From a virus, in IMG/VR virus record IMGVR_UViG_3300025098_000019, positions 32,001 through 96,000 of that record: a stretch of DNA of 64,000 nucleotides. One strand, written 5' to 3'. The notes below the pieces were generated by a model. The model did no database searches. It was not told where the DNA came from and saw nothing but the letters and a program-made list of their open reading frames with translations. Shown one piece after another: positions 48,401-58,300 of this stretch (positions within the stretch are counted from its first letter, which is position 1; the number at the start of each line of letters is the position of its first letter). Both the position numbers and the translations under genes were made by a program.

Positions 48401-51400
48401 CAAGATGTTACTGCAAATACATTATTGTCACAAACAACAATTACAACACCAACAATAAGTAATGGCACAATTGTTGTTTCAGGTAATCAAATATCTACAA
48501 GCAATACTGATTTAGTTTTTAGTGTATTAGATCCAAACAAGGCAGTAACCGCTGACATCAATGCTGTTAGAGCATTATCAAGTATTGAAGTAACATCAGG
48601 ACCAACTCAATTCACGACTGCTACTGATATAGTAGGTACATTAATACATACTGGATCACTATCACAGTTTGGTAGTAGTAGTCGCACAGGTGATCATGAT
48701 ATAGTAGGTAATTTAACTATTAGTTCAGCAACAACGATAGACGATATTAAGTTCGCATCGGGTAACATTTTTACAACCGATACTGATTTAATACTTTCTG
48801 CACAAGGTACCGGACAGGTATTAATACCAACTAATGATGCACTAATTGCAGGAACTTTTGACAATCAAGGCATATCGATTGTTAATTCTGCTATTGTTTC
48901 AAATTTAACAACAGCAGAACAATTTATATCAGGAAGAACTACCATTTCTGATAATACTATATTCACTGATTTTGCTTTAGATTTAGCAGCAACCAGTGGA
49001 AAAAAAGTAGTATTTGATTCTAACGCAATATTTGAAAATGATTTAAATGTTATTGGCTTAACAACTCTTAATGCAGTTGATATTACTGGCACACTACTCC
49101 ATAATGATGACAGAATACAAACAGGGCTGTATTCACTTATAGGTGATTTGACAGTAAGCGGCAATTTTGTTGTTCCTAATATAGAATTTGATAATATATT
49201 AATTGACGGAAATAGAATTACAACAACATCTGGAGACTTAGAGTTAGAAGCAGCAGGCTCCGGCAAGGTTGTCTTTAACAAACCCGTAATAATAGATGCA
49301 GATGTTACAGCTAAATCTACAATACAAGGATCGCAAGCAACAGTAGATGTATTTCCTGGAGGCACAATTAATGTAGACGCATTAGCTACTCCTGTTAGTT
49401 TAACCGAAGCAACTGTTTTAATTAATAATAAAATTACAACATCTGTTGGAACTAATGTGTCATTAAGTATTGAAGATTTTGACACTATAATAATAGATGC
49501 AGATGCTACAGAAATTTCACTTAACCTCGATGTTGACGGAACAACTACATTATTAGATACAGAAGTTGGTAGTACATTAACATATATAGGAGACCTAACT
49601 CAAACAGGTAATGTTGATATAACTGGTAATGTTAGTTTTAATGGAACCTTAACAGTTGCTAGCCAAGTACAATTTGAAAATATTTTTATAGACGATAATA
49701 TTATTACAACTACTGAAACAAGTAGTGACTTAGAATTACGTGCTAATGGAACAGCAAAAGTTGTAGTATCTAGTAGTAATTTGTCTATAGACAATGATCT
49801 TACAGTAGACGGATTAACAACAACTGACGGTATTACTAACGGAATAAACATTAGTTCGAATGCATTTGAAACTAACACCGGATTAGAAATTAGAAGTAAC
49901 GGTATTATTCATACCACGCCTGATTTAAATATAGAATTAGCTGCTGGTTTAAATGCAGATGTAATATTTGATTCTGATACAAGTGCTAATGAAGATTTTA
50001 CAATGTTTAGTGGCTCATCGCAGTTACTTAATACTAGAATAGGAACAGTAGTAACAACTAACACTATTCTAACTCATACTGGTGATAGAGAACAAACAGG
50101 ACTCTTTTCTATGCCAAACTTCCTTGGCAACGAGGTAATGAGTGTAACTGGCACAATTGATGTTACAGGTTCTGGAAGATTAGGCAATATTAGAATTGAA
50201 GGTAATACTATACGTCAAACTGCTGTTGCAAACGGAGATCTAGAATTACGTGCAAACGGCACTGGCAACATTTTAGTACCCGAAAATAATGTTCGAATTA
50301 CAAATAATTTAACTGTATCACAACTAACCTCGTCAACTATACAGAATATTAGTCAGGTTAATGTAGACACATTAGAAACTAATTCTCTTAGGATTTATGA
50401 TAATAACATTGATGCATACGGTACTGACAAAGACATTATTTTAGAAACTAATGGCTCGGGTAATGTTGTAATTGATACAAATAATGCAGTATTTGGTCAA
50501 ACATTAACAGCAACTAACTATATATTAGGCGGCGTAAATATTGGTAGTGTTGCAACACCGGCCCAACTTACTCAAACCGGCGACAGAATTGATAATGGAA
50601 CTATTATACTTTTATCATGTGATTTTGATATTACAGGAAGTTTAACAGGAAGTTTAGGACAAGCTAGACTAGATGACATAACAATTTCTACTATAGGAAC
50701 TGCTGAAGGAATATCATCAACTAGCGACCTTATACTTAGAGCTACAAATAATGTTGTATTTGACGGCGACCTGGCATTTAGTCATAATAATATTAATGCT
50801 CAAAACATAACTTCGCAAACTATTATTAATAGTGGTACAATTACTGCAAATGCATTTGAAACTGCCGATATTACTGTTACACAAGATACTATTGGAATTA
50901 GTACTGTTGGATCAGGCTTATACTTCATGCCATCAACAGGCAATATAGTAAGTGTTCCAAGTAATGATGTGTTTATCAATGAAGATTTAGATATTGCTGG
51001 TACCACTACAACTGTACAAGATCTTGAGGTAAACGATGGTACATTAGACCCAAAACAAATTACTCATGTAGGTGATAGAACAGTAGAAGATACATTTGAT
51101 GTCTCAGGCGACTTAATAGTTACAGGAGATATTATTGCAACTGAAGTACAGTTTGAAGAAATTAATGTTAATGATAACACAATAACAACTACGTCATCCA
51201 GCGCCTATTTAGAGTTACAAGCAGCAGGAACTGGAGAAGTACAGTTTAGTGCTAACGCAAAGATAGAAGAAAATTTATATCTAAACGGTGTAAGTGACAT
51301 AGGACAGTTAACAGCACAGTATATACAATCTGACAAGTTTGAAACTGATAACATAGAAATATACGACAATAGAATACAGTCTGTTAATACTGATAGTAAT

Positions 51401-52189
51401 TTAGAATTACGTACAAATGCTCCAACTATCTCTGCGAACATAGAAATAGACGACCTTAGATTTTCAGGTCAATCATATCCACCCGTAATGGACTCTATTA
51501 CTTCTGAATTCAAGTTTAGCCTTGGCTCCGGCAGTCTTGATATATCTAACTTTGATAATGCCGAAATGCCATACGGTACAACAGCACAAAAAACATTAAG
51601 CACATCTGGAGAAATTAGGTTTAATACTGACCTTGGTGTGTTTGAAGGATTTACATCAGCACCAATTGCATTTTCAGGCATTTACTCAGCAGATAGACAA
51701 ACAAATGTAACTGCTGACTCTGCATCAAACGAATTAAGATTAAATGCACAAGGAAATAGAGTAGCTACATTTAGAACTGGTAACGTGTCACTTGCTGGAA
51801 TAATACTTCCTAATATTGATATTAATGACTCTACAATATTAGGTACTGTAACAGATCAAGATATTACATTTAGCAACGGAAGCGGCGTAGTTAATATTGA
51901 AGAATTAACTTTTGAAAATTCTAAAATATTCAACAATACTAATAGTGCATTAACATTTTCAAACACCGGCGGCTTTACAGTACTATCTGCAGACGGATTG
52001 CAACTTCCATCAGGCCCATCAGCTAATAGAACAAGTATAGAAGTAGGCGACACTCGATGGAATACAGATACTGGAATTTTAGAAACATATGACGGAAATT
52101 CTTACATAGCATCAGCAGGATTATCTAATAATATTACCCCTGCAGAGTTTGACGATCTATTGTTTGAATACACGTTAATCTTTGGCTAA
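45485..52189 (+). CDS. Giant repeat-rich fibre-like virion protein A (2234 aa)
   Basis: GTG start with AAGGAG RBS and TAAATA at 45457-45462. Has a pectin-lyase-like beta-helix entry motif (WFVAKNGSN...GPFETIDYAV..ATAGDTIYVYPGEY) and many QFEEI.ID.N.ITTT.TS.DLELRA.GTG repeats. Confidence 0.75.
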   Translation: MAQVGRISGGLLDSNLLREGATTGANQNLTFRNVSSASGGAAILHLDVINDKLGFNNDAPSTVLHVTGTTKISNSLTVDTNIDIANLNIQNNTIVPLGGTNNIILNSAGVITSTNVQTEELFIDNNFIQTSNTSANLELRPNGNGSVEVISNVNVRGNLHSEGNITAEGNIVFGDSNTDTVILKAEVSSNIVPDQHDTYALGSTSKRWIEFEGILLNGQETTADVALIGGLEINSRQGKIWFVAKNGSNYNVGDHPQGPFETIDYAVTQATAGDTIYVYPGEYEESCPIEIPQGVTLRGHDQRNTIVYPASSQSTTDIFLLNGETGVSDLTIKDYFYDNANDIGYAFRFAAGGKVTSRSPYIQNVTVSTKGSTVSAADPLGFIAGDAGRGILADGAVLAADTREASLLFHAITLIVPNADALVMTNGVRIEWLNSFTYFANRGFYATNGAGRVDDNLQTHYGAEVRSIGSANIYGNYGAEVDGSDTLIYLIMHNFGYIGTGADSSNDETLTIQANEVVEANSGRIQYQSQSHNGDFRIGDNFLIDFQKGSQSFNINDLPVVGVDTISVTTGSDITFLDLQYVQTGNVRLIDNSLASISGDMNIASASTLINLNGDVTIEEDLDVSGNLTIAGALIAFGNNQSIDTIRFESGIDSNLYPKTTDIYDIGSNTLQWDDVWLTQVLNDDINITNNFIETTQTSSDLELRADQTGTIVISDNAIFENNLTASSLTTFNGTLDVSNLILNNGLSGLGNLNENQKLIITGNLTTGAAAQFEEILIDGNFITTTSTSEDLELRANSTGKILVPDNDFIVVNDIIVTENVQAGEIEATGYIQFDGEYTTGQLKIFDDTITTTSGNLDLGATGDVVVDSNGVQIDNNLTVIGLTTVNNTVDVTGTLTHIGTNNQIGNKTITGNLYVSNKNTFDRRFEIEDIVIDGNVITTSATSSDLELRANSAGVIRFNNTLEALGTGVNVQDVTANTLLSQTTITTPTISNGTIVVSGNQISTSNTDLVFSVLDPNKAVTADINAVRALSSIEVTSGPTQFTTATDIVGTLIHTGSLSQFGSSSRTGDHDIVGNLTISSATTIDDIKFASGNIFTTDTDLILSAQGTGQVLIPTNDALIAGTFDNQGISIVNSAIVSNLTTAEQFISGRTTISDNTIFTDFALDLAATSGKKVVFDSNAIFENDLNVIGLTTLNAVDITGTLLHNDDRIQTGLYSLIGDLTVSGNFVVPNIEFDNILIDGNRITTTSGDLELEAAGSGKVVFNKPVIIDADVTAKSTIQGSQATVDVFPGGTINVDALATPVSLTEATVLINNKITTSVGTNVSLSIEDFDTIIIDADATEISLNLDVDGTTTLLDTEVGSTLTYIGDLTQTGNVDITGNVSFNGTLTVASQVQFENIFIDDNIITTTETSSDLELRANGTAKVVVSSSNLSIDNDLTVDGLTTTDGITNGINISSNAFETNTGLEIRSNGIIHTTPDLNIELAAGLNADVIFDSDTSANEDFTMFSGSSQLLNTRIGTVVTTNTILTHTGDREQTGLFSMPNFLGNEVMSVTGTIDVTGSGRLGNIRIEGNTIRQTAVANGDLELRANGTGNILVPENNVRITNNLTVSQLTSSTIQNISQVNVDTLETNSLRIYDNNIDAYGTDKDIILETNGSGNVVIDTNNAVFGQTLTATNYILGGVNIGSVATPAQLTQTGDRIDNGTIILLSCDFDITGSLTGSLGQARLDDITISTIGTAEGISSTSDLILRATNNVVFDGDLAFSHNNINAQNITSQTIINSGTITANAFETADITVTQDTIGISTVGSGLYFMPSTGNIVSVPSNDVFINEDLDIAGTTTTVQDLEVNDGTLDPKQITHVGDRTVEDTFDVSGDLIVTGDIIATEVQFEEINVNDNTITTTSSSAYLELQAAGTGEVQFSANAKIEENLYLNGVSDIGQLTAQYIQSDKFETDNIEIYDNRIQSVNTDSNLELRTNAPTISANIEIDDLRFSGQSYPPVMDSITSEFKFSLGSGSLDISNFDNAEMPYGTTAQKTLSTSGEIRFNTDLGVFEGFTSAPIAFSGIYSADRQTNVTADSASNELRLNAQGNRVATFRTGNVSLAGIILPNIDINDSTILGTVTDQDITFSNGSGVVNIEELTFENSKIFNNTNSALTFSNTGGFTVLSADGLQLPSGPSANRTSIEVGDTRWNTDTGILETYDGNSYIASAGLSNNITPAEFDDLLFEYTLIFG

Positions 52190-52213
52190 TAGCCCACTTT
52201 TCCGTAAAACACA

Positions 52214-52219
52214 TAAATA
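52214..52219 (+). promoter_or_regulatory. Late promoter (ATAAATAC) upstream of fibre B
   Basis: Recurrent TAAATA motif, followed by a ~110-nt structured leader. Confidence 0.65.
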
Positions 52220-52334
52220 CTAGTAATGCAAATACGTGAGACCGCGTCTTGCAGGACAAACTGTGGTTAGCCAGCAAAGACCTTAGGGTGAAAAATAGGC
52301 TAGAGGGACAGGATCCCCGTGTTAAGGAGAAGAG

Positions 52335-55300
52335 ATGGCTGTTGGTCGTATATCGGGTCCGCTCTTAAAGTCAAACTTACTTCGATCAGGAGTAAATTTA
52401 GCCTTTGAGAACGACTTACTAGTATTAGATGTCAATAATGACAAAGTAGGTATCAAGCTAGGACTTAACAACGGAGATCAAAACGATCCTATATTACCTC
52501 AACACGAATTAGATGTTAACGGAACATCAAAGACTACTAACCTCATAGTAGACGTACAAGCAGACCTTGCTGATATTACTATATCTGGTAATACTATACA
52601 AAGCTCCAGTGATTTAAATCTTGTAACAATAGGTGCAGATACTGTTGTATATCAAAAACAATTAGATATACAAGATATAAGCATATATGACAATATTATA
52701 AGCACTAATAATGGTAATGTAAATTTAGAATTAAGACCAAACGGAACTGGAATTGTAGATATATTTTCAGAAGTAAACGTTACTGGAAATATTCATGCTA
52801 CAGGCAATATTACAGCAGACGGTAATATTCAACTTGGTAGTACTGACCAAACAACACCAAATGACGATACTGTAACATTTAATGCAGAAATAGCATCAGA
52901 TTTAATACCTGATGCAGATAATACTTACCAACTAGGTACAGCAGCAAAACGTTGGTCAGATATTTACGTTCAAAACTTTGTTGCTACTGAGATTGACACC
53001 GGCGACTTATTTGTTGATGGTATTGATTTATCATTACGTCAAGGTAAAATTATATATGTTGCAACAAATGGTGACGACACTAATACAGGAACACATCCTC
53101 AAGATCCGGTTGCAAGTTTAAAATATGCTATAGAAACAATAGCCAACACTGGCGATTCAATACACATATATCCAGGAACGTATACTGAAACATTTCCGAT
53201 TGAAATTCCAGTAGGAGTAAATATCAAAGGCGAAAGTCTTAGAAGTGTTAAAGTACAACCAACCGTAGCATCACAAGACAAAGATGCGTTTCTTCTTAAT
53301 GGTGAAACAACAATTGAAGACATAACTGTTGCAAATTATTTTTACAATAGTACTAATAATACAGGCTATGCATTTAGATTTGCAAGCAACATTGAAGTAA
53401 CTTCACGTTCACCATACATAAAGAATGTTACTGTTATTACAGAAGGAAGTGTAACTAGCGCAGCAGATCCTAGAGGATTTGATCAAGGAGATGCTGGTAA
53501 AGGTGTTTTTGTAGACGGTAGTGATGCAACAGCAAACAGCAAAGAAGCAAGTATGTTGTTCCACTCAGTGACATTTATTTGTCCGGGTGTTGATGCAGTT
53601 ACAGCAACTAACGGCGCAAGAATTGAATGGCTAAATTCATTTACATACTTTGCTAATCGTTCAATGTATGCATATGATAGTGCAGCAGGTTTAAGAGGCG
53701 ACGGCAAAACAGCAATTAGAGTAGACGATGTAATAGGTTCATTTAGTGCAGGCGAGACAGTTACTTACTACGACATCGATGGCACTACAGTATTAGCATC
53801 AGGAACTATTGAAACAGTTGATGCAGACGGCAAATTTTATATTGACACTAAAAATACAGGTTGGGAACTTCCTTCAGAGCGTGGCGGAAAAACTGTAGCA
53901 GTTAACGGCGATGCTCAATTATCATCATCAATTAGTAAATTTGGTATTGGCAGTTTATTACTAGACGGTACTGGCGATTATATAACAGTTAGTAGTCAAG
54001 ACGATTTTGAATATGGCACTGGTGATTTTACTATTGAGTTTTATGTATATTTTGATGCAGTATCAGGCAACTTATACGATCAAAGAACAACTGCGTCACA
54101 GGCATCGCCTGTAATTTATGTTAATGGTTCGAGTAAAATTGCATATTATGTTAATGGTGCAGAAGTAATTACAGGTACAACTACTCCTGCTACAAGTACT
54201 TGGTATCATGTTGCTGTAACAAGAGAAGGCACAAACACTAAACTGTTTATCAACGGAACACAAGAAGGTAGTACGTGGACTGATAATACAACGTATGTTG
54301 AGACAGGTATAAGAATAGGTGCAGGATTTAATGACACTTCTTTTGTAGATGGTAACTTTGATGAAGTTAGAGTTGTTAAAGGCGAAGCAAAATATACTAC
54401 AAACTTTACTCCTAGTACACTTCCATTTGTAGGTGAAGACGGTACTATTTTATTATTACATTTTGAAGGCTTAGACGGATCAACAGACATTGTTGACGAT
54501 GGAATAAGCGGACAAGATATTAGATTCAGCGGAGGCGCCACAGCAAGTAAAACTACACTAGTTGATCTTTCAGACTTTGGCGCAGAAATACGTTTAATTG
54601 GTTCAGCAAGTGTTTACGGTAATGAAGGACTTGTAGGCGACGGTCCTGGCGTTGTTATGTACGCAATTGGCCATAATGTTGCATATATTGGTAACGGTAA
54701 AGATGTTGACAATGATCCTAACACTGTAATACAAGCAAACGAAATTGTAGAAACAAATGATGCAAAAGTTTATTATTCGACAGTTGACCATAAAGGCGAT
54801 TTTAGAGTAGGCGATTTATTTGTTATTGACCAAGAAAACGGTGCTATACAATTTAGTAATGCATCTTTTAATATTGATACTACTAATGGTATTGAAATTA
54901 CAGATGGAACAAATACTACACTAATTAGAGGTGACAAAATTGAAACCGGTAACTGGCGTCTAAGTGATAATACATTAGAAACCTTATCCGGTGATGCTAA
55001 TATTACAGCAGCAAGTGGTCAAATTAATTTACAAGATAATGTTGATATTACTGGAGACCTAGACGTTGTTGGTAATGTTACTGTTGCAGGTAATATTACA
55101 ATAGGCGATCAAAGCACAGATTCAATTAGTTTTGCTGCTAATATTGATAGCGGAATGTTTCCAACTACATCCGATACTTACGACTTAGGTAGTCCAAGTT
55201 TGCGTTGGAGAGACCTTTGGTCAAATAGATTATATGTCGATGATATAGAAATTAATGACAACTATATTACAACTACTGGCACAAATGCAGATTTAGAACT

Positions 55301-58300
55301 TCGTGCAAACGGCGCTGGAGTTGTACGTGTACCAAGTAACAATGTTATTATTTCAAATGATTTAACTGTAAACGGAAATACAATACTTGATGATGTTACA
55401 ATTAATTCAGACTTCGATGTAACAGGTACTGTTACAATTACCGGAGATACTGATATTACAGGTGATGTAACTATTGGTCAGAATTTAACTGTTTCTGAAA
55501 CTGCACAATTTGAAGAAATATTAATTGATGACAACTTTATTACAACTACTACCACAAGTGCAGACTTAGAACTTCGTGCAGCAGGAACAGGTTCTGTAGT
55601 TATACCAAATAATGATTTAGAAATTACCAACAATTTAAATGTTGGAATTAAACTTACATCGCAAAATATTGATGTAATAGGAAATATACAATCTGCTTCT
55701 ATTAGTTCTAGCGATATTAATATAGTTAATAATACAATAACAACTACTCAAACAAGTAGTAATTTAGTTTTAAGAGCCAGCGGTGCCGGCGAAATACATG
55801 TTGATACAAATGATGTTGTATTTGGTCAAACACTAACAGTAGCAGGCGCAACTGACGTACAAGATTTAACTGTTAACGGAACTATAACACATACTGGTGA
55901 TTATACGCAGACAGGCGATACAAACATTACTGGAAACTTAGATGTTTTTGGAACAGTTACGTTTGATTCAGAAGTACAGTTTGAAGAAATATTAATTAAT
56001 GACAACTTTATTACTACTACATCTACAAGTGCAGATTTAGAGCTACGTGCAGCAGGTACAGGCAGAGTACTGATACCAAATAATCAAGTTGTAATTGAAA
56101 ATGATCTTGATGTTACTAATAATATAACTGCTAATAATATAGATGTAACAGTAGACGTAACATCACCGACATTTAATATTAGTGATGTACGAATAACAGG
56201 TAACGAAATTGCCACAACAATATCAAATGCAGACTTAGATCTTGTTGCTAATGGCGGCGGAGAAATTGTATTTAATAGTAAAGGCATTTTCAGCCAAGGA
56301 CTTACTGTTGCAAGCGGCACTACAAATTTACTTGATACTACTATTGTAGGCAATTTATCTCATGCAGGCCCTGCAACATATACAGGTGATGCACTTACTA
56401 CTGGTGACTATATATTACAGGGTGCATTGACCCTTACAGGCGGTAGTGCTATTATTGATGATATTTTAATTGACACTAACTTTATTACTACTAATATAAC
56501 AAATGCAGATCTAGAACTACGTGCCGACGGCAATGGTATAGTTAGGATAGATGACAACTTAGAAGTTACAAACGACTTAACAGTTAACGGAACTTTGTCT
56601 ACACCAGTGTTAGATGTTACAACAACTATTACATCTGATATCTTTAGCACCGGCGACATTGAAATACAAGATAACGTAATTACTACAACAAATACTAACA
56701 ATGATTTAGAACTACGTGCTAATGCCTTTGCATTTGTTAGGGTAGATCAAAACAATGTAATTATGAACCAAGAATTAGAAGTTGTTGGAGCTACACGATT
56801 ACAAGATACAACTGTAACTGGTAGTTTAACTCATATCGGACAAACTAATCAAACTGGCGATTTTGATCTAACTGGAAACTTAAATGTAACCGGAGATTTA
56901 GATATTTCTGGAGCAGCACAGTTTGAAGAAATATTAATCGACGATAATAAAATTACAACTACATCTACAAATGCAGATTTAGAATTAAGTGCAAGTGGCA
57001 CCGGCAACGTACTGATTAATAATGCAGCAGTATTTGAACAAAATATTGAAATTGAAGCATCTAATACTTTACGAGCTGGAACTATTAACGTTGGTACTGT
57101 GCTTACTCCGTCATTAACTATATCCGACGAAATTGAAATTGCTGGAAATGTTATTAGAGCAGTACAAAGTAATTCCGATCTTGTAATTGATGCTAGTGGA
57201 ACAGGCTCAGTATTAATTCCTAGTAGTAATGTTAGTATTACAAATGACTTAACAGTGTCTGGCTTAACAACTTTAGGTAATACAGTAGTTACTGGAGATA
57301 TAACACATACTGGAAATTACGCACAGACGGGCGATGCAGTCATTAATGGTGATTACACAGTCAATGGATTATTTTCAGTTAATGCAGAAATGCAATTTGA
57401 AAATATTTTAATTAATGATAACTTTATCACTACTACACAAACCAGTAGTGATTTAGAATTACGTGCAGCAGGTACAGGAAAAGTATTAGTTCCTAACAAT
57501 GATGTTTTAATTAACAATAACTTAGAAATTTTAGGAATAACAACAACTGAAGATATTAATAATACTGGCTTAATAACTTCAGGGTCATTTGAAACTTCTG
57601 AAATTAGAATTATCAACAATCTTATTAAAACAATACTACCAGGTGACGATTTAATTATAGAAGCCAACGGTACTGGCACAATTAATGTAGATTCTGATTT
57701 AACTGTTACTAATGATTTTGCAGTTACAGGCGAGACTACATTACAAGAAACAAGTATAACAGGTACATTAACACAACAGGGCGGTACAGTACAAAGTGGT
57801 AATTTTGATCTAACTGGTAACTTGCAAGTTGTTGGTGATTTAACAGCACTTAGCTCAGCACAATTTGAAGAAATATTAATTGATGACAACTTTATTACAA
57901 CTACTAACACAAGTGCAGATTTAGAGCTACGTGCAAATGGACTTGGCGAAGTACTAATACCCCTTAATGATGTTGTTATTACAGATAATTTAACAGTTAA
58001 CGGAGTAATAACTAGCGGATCAATTGTAAATTCAGGACAAATAATTAGTGATTCGTTTGGCACAGGCGACATATTAATTGATGATAATACAATTACAACA
58101 TCTGTTACTAGCAGTAATTTAGAACTACGTGCAAGCGGCACTGGTGAAATAAAAGTTCCTACAAGCAATGTTGAAATTACTAATGACTTAACAGTAATTG
58201 GATTAACAACAACTGCTGACGTAAACGTTACTGGACAAATTACACATATTGGTAATACAATTCAAACAGGTGATTATACGGTAAACGGTGCTGTAGTTCT

